This document shows, in pieces, positions 20,068-29,924 of a stretch of DNA of 64,000 bases (the stretch's first letter is position 1; every line of letters starts with the position of its first letter). The DNA comes from a candidate division WOR-3 bacterium (GTDB lineage Bacteria > Hydrothermota > Hydrothermia > Hydrothermales > JAJRUZ01). Under the pieces are notes generated by a model. It was not told the origin of the DNA, did not search any database, and saw only the letters and a program-made list of their open reading frames with translations. The position numbers were made by a program, and so were the translations under genes. The DNA lies in NCBI GenBank assembly GCA_039803925.1, contig JBDRZL010000001.1, positions 172,800 through 236,799 of the forward strand. Reading direction: 5' to 3'.

Positions 20068-21027
20068 ATGTTAATAAATTATCTATTTTTGCAAAATTTC
20101 AGAAAATTTGAAAAGAAAGAATTTTTCTTTAAAGAAGGAGTAAATCTTATTACAGGACCAAATGGAGCAGGGAAAACAACAATTCTTGAAGCAATACACC
20201 TTCTCAGCTATCCGAGAAACTTGAAAGGAGCAAGTAATTCTGAAATTATTAAAAAAGGTAAAGAATTTTCCCTAATCCTCTGTAAGGGAAATTCAAAAAA
20301 TGGAAAATACGAAATAAAACTTGAAATAGAAAAAGATAAAAAAAATCTTTACTTAAATAATAAAAAAGTTCCATCCTATTCCTATGTCTTTAAAAAATTA
20401 CCCACAATTTTTTTTCATTCAAAAAAAGAAATAATATTCTGGAGTAAAAGTGAACTCCTCAGAGAAATAAATTACCTTATCTCCCTTTTGGATAATGAAT
20501 ATTTTAAAATCTTACTTAATTACAACAGGATTCTTGAACAAAGAAATAAATATCTTAAAAATATTAAAGAAAATATAGACCCTTTTAAGAAATTGCTTCA
20601 AGATAATGGAAAAATATTACAGAGTAAACGTATAATATATATTAAAAAAATAGAGGAAGTTATGAAAAACTATTTAAATGTTTTTATTAATTATGAACCT
20701 TCAGTTTTGGATTATGATTTTGAAAAGGAGAAAGAAAAAGGTTTTACTCTTTTTGGTATTTCGAGGGATAAAATTACTTTTTTAAAAGATGGTTTTGAGT
20801 TAAAGACGCAGTGTTCGGAGGGTGAAAAAAGGATTTTTTTGTTTTATTTTTATATTGCTATTGCTGAAATGATGAAAGAAAGTGGAAATTTACCCTTACT
20901 TTTATTAGATGACCCTTTTTCAATTCTTGATTTTAATCTTGTGAAAGATTTTATTGGAAAATGGGAAGGTCAGATTATTATTACATCCCTGAAGGATCTT
21001 GATATAAAAAATAAAATAGTTTTGTAA
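20068..21027 (+). CDS. recF: DNA replication and repair protein RecF
   Basis: The N-terminus is LFLQNFRKFE and Walker A is GPNGAGKTT. A Walker B-like LLLLDDPFSILD is present. It is followed by DUF721 and gyrB. Confidence 0.75.
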   Translation: MLINYLFLQNFRKFEKKEFFFKEGVNLITGPNGAGKTTILEAIHLLSYPRNLKGASNSEIIKKGKEFSLILCKGNSKNGKYEIKLEIEKDKKNLYLNNKKVPSYSYVFKKLPTIFFHSKKEIIFWSKSELLREINYLISLLDNEYFKILLNYNRILEQRNKYLKNIKENIDPFKKLLQDNGKILQSKRIIYIKKIEEVMKNYLNVFINYEPSVLDYDFEKEKEKGFTLFGISRDKITFLKDGFELKTQCSEGEKRIFLFYFYIAIAEMMKESGNLPLLLLDDPFSILDFNLVKDFIGKWEGQIIITSLKDLDIKNKIVL

Positions 21028-21028
21028 A

Positions 21029-23219
<2,191 letters not shown>

Positions 23220-23265
23220 TTACCATTTAATTATTGAAATTTTTACTTTTTCTTTTTATAATTTT

Positions 23266-23943
23266 ATGATGAAAAATATTCTATCTGAAGAGGAGATAAT
23301 TAGGATAATTGAGGAAAAGTTGCCTGAAATCATAGAAAAATATCCCTCTGTAAGATTAAAAATTGAAGAATTGATTGAAAAAAAAGCTGCCACAAAAGAG
23401 GAAATAAAAGAAATACTCCTTGAACTGAAAGCACAAAGAGAAGAAAATAGTAAAAGATTTGAAGAAATTAATAAAAAATTTGAAGTTCTTACATTAAAAA
23501 TGGAGAATGGATTTAAGGTTTTAAGAGACACAATCTCAGCTATTGGTTCAAGGTGGGGAGTAGGAGCTGAGGAAGCTTTTAGAAAAGGATTTGAAGAAGT
23601 TCTTTCAAAACTTGATTATAAAGTTATAAAATGGAGAAGATTTGACAAAAATTCTGAATTTTTTATATATCCAAGGACAGCTGAGATAGATATATTAATA
23701 AAAAACAAAAAGAAAATAGCAATAGAGGTAAAATCATCTTTAACCCTTGGAGATATTGAAAGTTTTGAAAGGTCAGTGAGATTTTATGAAAAGGAAGAAG
23801 GGGAAAAAATTGATGAAAAGATAATTGTTGCAATTTTTCCTTATCCAGAAACAGAAGAATATGCAAGAAATTTAAATATAAAGTTAATTAAAGGAATTGA
23901 AAAAGGAAGAGAATACTTTGAAAACCTTTACTCTTTCATTTAG
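23266..23943 (+). CDS. hypothetical protein with an N-terminal coiled coil and a C-terminal PD-(D/E)XK-like nuclease fold
   Basis: The coiled-coil N-terminus is K/E-rich. The C-terminus has the pattern AEIDILIKNKKKIAIEVKS (D...E.K), consistent with a restriction-endonuclease-like core. Confidence 0.4.
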   Translation: MMKNILSEEEIIRIIEEKLPEIIEKYPSVRLKIEELIEKKAATKEEIKEILLELKAQREENSKRFEEINKKFEVLTLKMENGFKVLRDTISAIGSRWGVGAEEAFRKGFEEVLSKLDYKVIKWRRFDKNSEFFIYPRTAEIDILIKNKKKIAIEVKSSLTLGDIESFERSVRFYEKEEGEKIDEKIIVAIFPYPETEEYARNLNIKLIKGIEKGREYFENLYSFI

Positions 23944-23974
23944 ATAAGGAGAAAAAGTGAACCTTGAAGCACCC

Positions 23975-23994
23975 ATCCCCTTAAATAAGGGGAT
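23975..23994. other. GC-rich perfect hairpin ATCCCCTT-AAAT-AAGGGGAT in a convergent intergenic region
   Basis: It is an 8-bp perfect stem read directly from the sequence. It lies 32 nt after the stop of the 23266-23943 gene and has no flanking T-run. Confidence 0.4.
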
Positions 23995-24076
23995 AACACA
24001 TTAATTTCTATCTACCCTCCTTTAGGTGAAAAAACCTATTTAAAGCCTAAAAGTATAATCACACAAAAAAAATAAA

Positions 24077-24104
24077 GGGGGGATTGTTACCCCCCCCTTA
24101 TTTA
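24077..24104. terminator. bidirectional rho-independent terminator between convergent genes
   Basis: A GGGGGG-ATTGTTA-CCCCCCC(C) stem-loop is flanked by A-run AAAAAAAATAAA on one side and TTATTT on the other. It lies 20 nt downstream of the pilin stop on the minus strand. Confidence 0.75.
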
Positions 24105-24124
24105 AATTTATACCTTTTTATATT

Positions 24125-24703
24125 TTATTGACCGGATGTAAGCACAAGACCTATATTTGCTTTGGAACCAAACCCACCAATAGCATAAGCCTGAGCTGCA
24201 TGGGTCGCAGTTGTTGGAGTCCATCCACCACCGGGAAGGAGATCATAAGAACCATACTGAATCATTCCTGCACTACTTATATCCCAGGTACCGTCAAAAA
24301 TACCGTCTCTACCATCATCAACACCACCAGGACCACTTTCAAATGCATTAGTCGCAGCCCTTACAGGGTTATGGAAGTCCACAGGTAATAAAATTGGACC
24401 CCCACTATTATCAGGTTTTGTAGCAGCGGCAATTCCAGCCACACTTGTATTATCGTTACCACGAGGTAAACCAACTTCTTGTCTTGCATTTGCCACAGTT
24501 GAGGAAAAATTTACCGGATAGTATCCTTCTGTATATGTAGAAAAAGCTTCAACAGCAGTCTGGGCTGTTTTCATATTACTTTGAACTGCTGCATCTTTTG
24601 CCTTTGACACCATCGCTATGAAGTTTGGTATGGCTATAGCAGCCAGTATACCTATGATCACCACCACGATGAGTAGCTCTATCAGGGTAAAACCTTTTTT
24701 CAT
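24125..24703 (-). CDS. type IV pilin / pseudopilin-like protein (major pilin candidate)
   Basis: The N-terminus MKKGFTLIELLIVVVIIGILAAIAIPNF is the prepilin cleavage/methylation motif. The protein is 192 aa, Gly/Ala/Thr-rich and has no Cys. The true start is at 24703 with SD AGGAGG; the ORF-track start at 24742 is an over-extension. GC content and third-position codon usage are much higher than in neighbouring genes. Confidence 0.8.
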   Translation of the reverse strand: MKKGFTLIELLIVVVIIGILAAIAIPNFIAMVSKAKDAAVQSNMKTAQTAVEAFSTYTEGYYPVNFSSTVANARQEVGLPRGNDNTSVAGIAAATKPDNSGGPILLPVDFHNPVRAATNAFESGPGGVDDGRDGIFDGTWDISSAGMIQYGSYDLLPGGGWTPTTATHAAQAYAIGGFGSKANIGLVLTSGQ

Positions 24704-24727
24704 TTTTTTACCTCCTTTTATTTCACA

Positions 24728-24740
24728 GGGATTCGAACCC
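24728..24740 (-). promoter_or_regulatory. 5' leader mini-hairpin (minus strand GGGTTCGAATCCC) 10 nt upstream of SD AAGGAGG of the pilin gene
   Basis: This is the same T-loop-like motif and the same spacing to the SD as at 5172-5186 and 63148-63160. Confidence 0.45.
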
Positions 24741-24770
24741 AAACAAACTCAATTTTCAATTTAAAAATAA

Positions 24771-24786
24771 TGCAAAATTCATTCCA
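24771..24786 (-). promoter_or_regulatory. sigma54 (-24/-12) promoter candidate for the pilin gene
   Basis: The minus strand reads TGGAATGAATTTTGCA. GG and GC are spaced as in the consensus TGGCAC-N5-TTGCA, with the -12 element TTTGCA. It lies about 70 nt upstream of the pilin ATG. Confidence 0.5.
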
Positions 24787-24828
24787 GTATCAAATCTTTT
24801 ATTTTTCCTATAATTTTCATTGATTTTT

Positions 24829-24867
24829 TTTGCATTTTGCAAATGATTTTTGCAATTTGCAAATCAT
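24829..24867. promoter_or_regulatory. repeated or palindromic TTGCAA(A)T motifs, candidate enhancer (bEBP/PilR-like) binding region
   Basis: The minus strand reads ATGATTTGCAAATTGCAAAAATCATTTGCAAAATGCA. It is an imperfect 25-bp inverted repeat (ATGATTT...AAATCAT) containing three TTGCAA cores. It lies 45-95 bp upstream of the sigma54 candidate and overlaps the stop of the upstream gene. Confidence 0.4.
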
Positions 24868-25685
24868 CTTTTAGGAATAATGGACTCTACTGTATCCCCC
24901 CTTATTATGTAATAACCATCGTAAGGGTGTTTGGGTATTTCTTTTATATATCCCTTTTCTAAAAGTTCTCTAAGAGATAAGGGTGAGTATCCCTCTTTTT
25001 CTTTGAATTTTTTTATTAAAATATTTAAGTCTCTCATATGTATTTTCATTATTGTTCTTTTTATGTAATCCTTTGCAATTTCTTTTTCTACTTCACTTTT
25101 TACACTGTTATACATATACTCCCATAATTTAAGAGCTATTTCAAGATTTTTTAATTTTTTATAATAGGTAAAAGCATAAAATCTATAACAAACAGGTGGA
25201 GCATCTTTTTTAAATGTTGATAGTTTAAAAAATATTCCAGCAGTTTTATAATCCTTAAAAAAAACATAATTTAAAAAACCCATCCAGAAAGGGTATTCCC
25301 ACTTTTCAGGATTCTTATACATAGCTTTCATAAGCAGTTTTTTAACACTTAATTTATCTTTTAAATGATGAGCAATATTAACAGAACCAAATGTATAGGC
25401 ATGAAGAAATTTTTCATCAAGGTCTGTTATAATATCTGTAATAGGATATAAATAGGGGAATTGGAGGTCTGTTTGAAGATGATGTCCATAATATTGAATA
25501 AAAAGCAACCAGAAATAATCTGATAAAGTATTCCTGTGGTCAAGGGCTATATATTTTAAAATTTCACCCTTTGGAAGATAAAGAATTTCCTCTACTTTTT
25601 CTTTTACACCTCTTATTTCATCAAGTCTATAAGAAAGGTTTATAACAATTAAAAATAAAAGAAAAACATAAAAAAATTTTTTCAT
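24864..25685 (-). CDS. hypothetical secreted protein
   Basis: It has an N-terminal signal peptide MKKFFYVFLLFLIVINLS. I recognise no domain. It is the last gene of the pilin2-ABC cluster. Confidence 0.5.
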   Translation of the reverse strand: MKKFFYVFLLFLIVINLSYRLDEIRGVKEKVEEILYLPKGEILKYIALDHRNTLSDYFWLLFIQYYGHHLQTDLQFPYLYPITDIITDLDEKFLHAYTFGSVNIAHHLKDKLSVKKLLMKAMYKNPEKWEYPFWMGFLNYVFFKDYKTAGIFFKLSTFKKDAPPVCYRFYAFTYYKKLKNLEIALKLWEYMYNSVKSEVEKEIAKDYIKRTIMKIHMRDLNILIKKFKEKEGYSPLSLRELLEKGYIKEIPKHPYDGYYIIRGDTVESIIPKR

Positions 25686-26449
25686 TTAAACTCTTTTTTT
25701 TCAAAAATTAGAGATGAAATATAAAGTAAAAGAATTATATAAATAAGTCCATAGGAAGTGGAAAAAAGGAAATATTCTTTTTTAGGAATTTCACCATAAA
25801 CGATATTATTTTTTATATTAAAATGCTCAAGATTGGGTAAAAAGTAATATAGAAAATAACTTATAATTTTCAAAAAAAGCGATTTAGAAATCTCTGAAAA
25901 AAGCTTTAAGGACTCAATTAGGTGTCCTATAACATAAAAAATAAAACCCATAAAAGCAGAAAAAATAACCCCTGTAAAAGTTGAAAAGAAAATAAGTATT
26001 GAGATTATTATAGAAATTTCAAAAATAAAAGGATAAAGAGCTATAAAAATCTTTAAATCAAATTTCCCATCAGTTAAAAATATTAATATTTGATGAAAAA
26101 TTGACATACCAATTATATTTATCAATATAAGAACTAAAAAACCAAAAAATTTTCCTATGATTATCTCCCTTCTTTCCACAGGTGTTGTAACAATAAGATA
26201 AATCGTTCTTTTATCAAATTCCTTATGTAATAGAGAACCACCTACAATTATAACAAGTATAGTATTAAAAAATGTGATTGCAGAAAGCCCAAAATCCCTT
26301 ATTATTTTTGATTGTTCACCAACAGATAAGGGATAAAGGAAAAAAGAAATAAAAAGCAATGAAAAACCAAAAATAACAATTATAAAAAATATTTTCTGCC
26401 TTACAAGCTCCTTAAAAGTATTTTTTGCAATTGCAATTATTCCCTTCAT
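25682..26449 (-). CDS. ABC-2 family transporter permease
   Basis: It is a 6-TM hydrophobic protein whose start overlaps the stop of the ABC ATPase. The topology is ABC-2 type. Confidence 0.6.
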   Translation of the reverse strand: MKGIIAIAKNTFKELVRQKIFFIIVIFGFSLLFISFFLYPLSVGEQSKIIRDFGLSAITFFNTILVIIVGGSLLHKEFDKRTIYLIVTTPVERREIIIGKFFGFLVLILINIIGMSIFHQILIFLTDGKFDLKIFIALYPFIFEISIIISILIFFSTFTGVIFSAFMGFIFYVIGHLIESLKLFSEISKSLFLKIISYFLYYFLPNLEHFNIKNNIVYGEIPKKEYFLFSTSYGLIYIILLLYISSLIFEKKEFK

Positions 26450-27351
26450 TTCCCTTTCACCATTTCAACAAACCACTCTTCAAGGGTATATAGTTCAGGA
26501 GTAATTCTTATAATTTTTAAATTTTTTTCCTTTTCAAAAAGTTCTCTTAAAACTTTCTCTATATTCTCATCCAGAAGTTTCAAAACAATTTCATCACCCT
26601 TTTTTTCAAAATTTTTGCCCTTTAAATTTTCTTCATTAACATTTTTCAAAACTATCTCATAACTTTTAACTCTCTCCCTTAATATTTCACTTAAAGGACC
26701 CTCTTTTATTATTTCACCACTGAAAATTAAAATTACCCTGTCACATATTTCCTCAGCATCTGAAAGAATATGGGAGGAAAAAAATATAGTTTTACCTTTT
26801 GTTTTTTGCTCATAAATAAGCTCTTTTATTTCTTTTCTACCAATTGGATCAAGCCCTGTTAAAGGCTCATCAAGAATTAAAAATTCAGGGTCTCTTATGA
26901 GACTGCTTGCTATTCCTACTCTCTGAAGCATTCCCCTTGAATAAGTCCTTATCCTTTTATGTCCATCTCCTTTTAAACCAACTATTTCAAGGAGTTCATT
27001 TATTTTTTCTTTTAATACTTTCTTATTAATTCCGTAAAGCTCACCAATTAATTCAAGAAATTCATAACCTGAAAGATGGTCATAAAAATAAGGCTGTTCT
27101 GGCAAAAAACCTATTTTCTTCCTTACATTTTTGTCCCCTGGTTTTAAATCAAAAATTTTTACTTCCCCTTCATCATATTTCAAAAGTCCTGTTAAAATTT
27201 TTATTGTAGTTGTTTTTCCAGCACCATTTGGTCCCAAAAAACCAACAATTTCCCCTTTTTCTATATTAAAGGATATAGAATTCAAAACTTTTCTTTTTTT
27301 AAACCCGATAAGGAAATGTTTTGTTAAATTTTTTACCTCAACAATATTCAT
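26446..27351 (-). CDS. ABC transporter ATP-binding protein (ABC-2 exporter type)
   Basis: Walker A is GPNGAGKTT and the signature is YSRGMLQRVGIA. Walker B is ILDEP and an H-loop is present. Confidence 0.8.
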   Translation of the reverse strand: MNIVEVKNLTKHFLIGFKKRKVLNSISFNIEKGEIVGFLGPNGAGKTTTIKILTGLLKYDEGEVKIFDLKPGDKNVRKKIGFLPEQPYFYDHLSGYEFLELIGELYGINKKVLKEKINELLEIVGLKGDGHKRIRTYSRGMLQRVGIASSLIRDPEFLILDEPLTGLDPIGRKEIKELIYEQKTKGKTIFFSSHILSDAEEICDRVILIFSGEIIKEGPLSEILRERVKSYEIVLKNVNEENLKGKNFEKKGDEIVLKLLDENIEKVLRELFEKEKNLKIIRITPELYTLEEWFVEMVKGK

Positions 27352-27367
27352 TTTAAATTATTATATT

Positions 27368-27886
27368 TTAAGGAAGAATTAAATCAAGGGGACCTTTTAA
27401 TCCATAGGCAGTTATCACATATTTAGAAGCAACTTCTCCTTCAGTTGCAATATTTCCATCTTCCTTAAATCCTGTATAATAAACACACCCTATTGGCGGA
27501 ACAGGAGGTGGACCTGAAAAAAGATTGTCTAAAGCATTTTCATCGGGAAAAAAAGGATTTTTAAAACTCTCATGGGGGAGAAGAAGAGCATTCTGAGAAA
27601 AAGGCGGCTTTCTTCTTCCATCAGCAATGGATTTTTCTCCATCTGGATGACTTACTAAAGAAGGATTAACATCCTTAACCTTTGTATCAATACCACCTGG
27701 ATATTGACCAAGCGATGTAACAGAAAAAATTTCAACAACAGTATGAAGTATATGCATATTATTTTTTAAAGAGGCTTCCCTTGCGTTATTAACAAGTCTT
27801 ATATAATTTACTATTCCTATACTTGAAAGTATTCCAATTATAACAACCACAATCAAAAGTTCAACAAGGGTAAATCCCTTTTTCAT
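27368..27886 (-). CDS. type IV pilin / pseudopilin-like protein, paralog of 24125-24703
   Basis: The N-terminus is MKKGFTLVELLIVVVIIGILSSIG. Its C-terminal region resembles pilin 1 (SGPPPV..VYYTGF..ITAYGLKG versus ESGPGGV..YAIGGFGSK). Unlike pilin 1 it uses the AT-rich codon set. Confidence 0.75.
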   Translation of the reverse strand: MKKGFTLVELLIVVVIIGILSSIGIVNYIRLVNNAREASLKNNMHILHTVVEIFSVTSLGQYPGGIDTKVKDVNPSLVSHPDGEKSIADGRRKPPFSQNALLLPHESFKNPFFPDENALDNLFSGPPPVPPIGCVYYTGFKEDGNIATEGEVASKYVITAYGLKGPLDLILP

Positions 27887-27919
27887 CCTTTAAATTCTAT
27901 GAATATTAATAAAAAAAAT

Positions 27920-29212
27920 TCAATCAGAAACATTTACAAAAATTTTGATGGAATAAAAGGGAAAAGGAGAATAATTTTGAGGATAAAAGAAATTTCCCCC
28001 CATAGGTTGATTATAAGAAAAAGAAAGCATAAAATAGGAATAAAAATTACCTTCAAGACTTAAATTAAATAAATAATTTTTATCAAAAGAATTAAAACTG
28101 CCTTTTAAATAGATTAAATAATTTTTTTCAAGATTCTTTAAAAAAAATAATTTTAAAGAAAAACTGTAAAGCTTATGATTAAAAGAACTTGATTTTAAAT
28201 TTTTATATTTTAAAAAAATTCTTATTTTATCAAATAATTCTATTGAATCACAGGTAAATATTGATAGAAAGTTACCAGAGTAGAGGAGAGGTTTTATAGT
28301 AAAGGGTAAAGTGATAAAAAGGTCCTTTGTATTGAAGTATTCAAGTTCTAAATTTAAACCTGTTATTTTGTTTTTGTAATTTAGGGAGATTTTAAAGCCT
28401 CTTTTTCTAACAGGACTTTTATAATTTAATGTTTCTCTTAAACTATCAAAAGGTAAGGGAAATATTAGTTTTTGAATAAAGTAAGAGAATTTTAGAAATT
28501 TTATATTTAAACCTGTATCAACAATATATCTTTCTCCTTCTTTTGATTCTTTACCTTGTTCAATATTTGTGAAAGCAAAAGGCAGAGATAAATTAACTTT
28601 AAAATTTTTAAAGTTCCTTTTGTTTTCTAAATAAAAATTATAATTAGAAAATTCAAAGGTGTAATATAGATTTTTAAAGAGATTATAGAATTTTATACTG
28701 TATTTATTTTTTTTGATAAATCCTTTTTCTTCAGAAAATAAGATATAAAAGAAAAGTAATTTAAGGGAGATAGAGTAATTTTTTAAAGAATATTCTTTTT
28801 GAAATGGGTTTGCATCAAAATTGGAAAGTTTAAAGTATAAGGGGATTGATTTTGATTTTAAAAGAAAATAATAGTTATGTTTAGAAAAATTATAATTTTC
28901 TCTATTTTTAAGAAGGGAAAAATATAAAAGAGATTTAATTTTTCCATTAAAAAAGGGTAAAAAACTTGAAATACTGTTTTGTTCAGTATTCAAAATGGTT
29001 CTGTAAAGTAAAAATCTTGTCATAATTCCTTCAGAATCAGGTTCAATAAATTCATAATTAAAATTTTTATAAGAAAAATTAGGTGAAAAGTCATTTATAG
29101 AATCTATATAAATATAAGGCAAAAAAAGTGGGTTGAAAAGGGATAGGGGACAACCTGAAAAAAAATCTACCTCGTGAACAGAAAGATAAAAGGAAAATAG
29201 AAAAATTAACAT
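27920..29212 (-). CDS. hypothetical outer-membrane (beta-barrel-like) protein
   Basis: It is 430 aa, extremely rich in N/Y/F/K/S. Hydrophobic and polar residues alternate in a way typical of beta-strand barrels. It is the first gene of the pilin2-ABC cluster. Confidence 0.4.
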   Translation of the reverse strand: MLIFLFSFYLSVHEVDFFSGCPLSLFNPLFLPYIYIDSINDFSPNFSYKNFNYEFIEPDSEGIMTRFLLYRTILNTEQNSISSFLPFFNGKIKSLLYFSLLKNRENYNFSKHNYYFLLKSKSIPLYFKLSNFDANPFQKEYSLKNYSISLKLLFFYILFSEEKGFIKKNKYSIKFYNLFKNLYYTFEFSNYNFYLENKRNFKNFKVNLSLPFAFTNIEQGKESKEGERYIVDTGLNIKFLKFSYFIQKLIFPLPFDSLRETLNYKSPVRKRGFKISLNYKNKITGLNLELEYFNTKDLFITLPFTIKPLLYSGNFLSIFTCDSIELFDKIRIFLKYKNLKSSSFNHKLYSFSLKLFFLKNLEKNYLIYLKGSFNSFDKNYLFNLSLEGNFYSYFMLSFSYNQPMGGNFFYPQNYSPFPFYSIKIFVNVSD

Positions 29213-29390
29213 TTTTTATTTTAAGAAAAATAAAAACCTTTTTGATAATAATAAAACTACTTTATAAGGCTACTTTTCCTCATTAAAAAGAAAATTAGAA
29301 AAGGAAAACAAAAAGAATCCCTGATAGAGAAGAAAATAAATAAGATTCTAAGAATTTTATCAAGTTAACATAAGATACATTATCTTTACT

Positions 29391-29924
29391 TTAAGATTTC
29401 TTTCTCAAAATTATTGAATCCTCACCATCAATCTCTTTAACTCTTACATCCACTATCTCATCCCTTGAAGTTGGTATTTTTCTGCCAAAATAATCAGGAT
29501 GAATTGGTAATTCACGATGACCTCTATCCACCATCACTAAAAGCTCTATCTTTTTCGGTCTTCCATAATCAAGTAAAACATCTATAGCACACCTTATTGT
29601 TCTTCCTGTAAATATAACATCATCTACAAGTATAATCTTTCTGTCTTCAACAGAAAATGGAATGTTTGTTTCCTTAACCTCCGGCTGCTCATATAACTTC
29701 ATTAAATCATCCCTGTAAAAGGTTATATCCACAGTCCCCATATTTATTTCCTTATTTAACCTTTCTTCAAGCAAAACTTTAATCCTTTTTGCAATATAAA
29801 CACCTCTTGTTTGTATACCAACAAGATCAATATCACCTTCAGAATGCCTCTCAAGAATTTCAAAACATAACCTCTCAATTATCCTTGAAAATTCATTAGA
29901 ATCAACAAGTTTTTTTTCTGTCAT
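29391..29924 (-). CDS. pyrR: bifunctional pyrimidine operon regulator / uracil phosphoribosyltransferase PyrR
   Basis: It is 177 aa. The PRPP-binding motif is IILVDDVIFTGRTIRCAIDVL. The length and end motifs are typical of PyrR. Confidence 0.8.
   Translation of the reverse strand: MTEKKLVDSNEFSRIIERLCFEILERHSEGDIDLVGIQTRGVYIAKRIKVLLEERLNKEINMGTVDITFYRDDLMKLYEQPEVKETNIPFSVEDRKIILVDDVIFTGRTIRCAIDVLLDYGRPKKIELLVMVDRGHRELPIHPDYFGRKIPTSRDEIVDVRVKEIDGEDSIILRKKS

Noticed and set aside
24704-24742. An N-terminal extension MGSNPCEIKGGKK of the pilin ORF; there are similar 5' extensions of the ORFs starting at 5168, 56227, 54691 and 54065.
   Set aside because: In each case an internal ATG preceded by a strong SD starts a canonical signal or prepilin peptide, so the extensions are ORF-finder artefacts.
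29213-29390. I searched for a PyrR-binding RNA motif (UCCAGAGAGGCU-like anti-antiterminator) downstream of pyrR.
   Set aside because: No match to the conserved PyrR box was found on either strand, and no pyr biosynthetic genes follow. pyrR here appears to be co-transcribed with aspS only.
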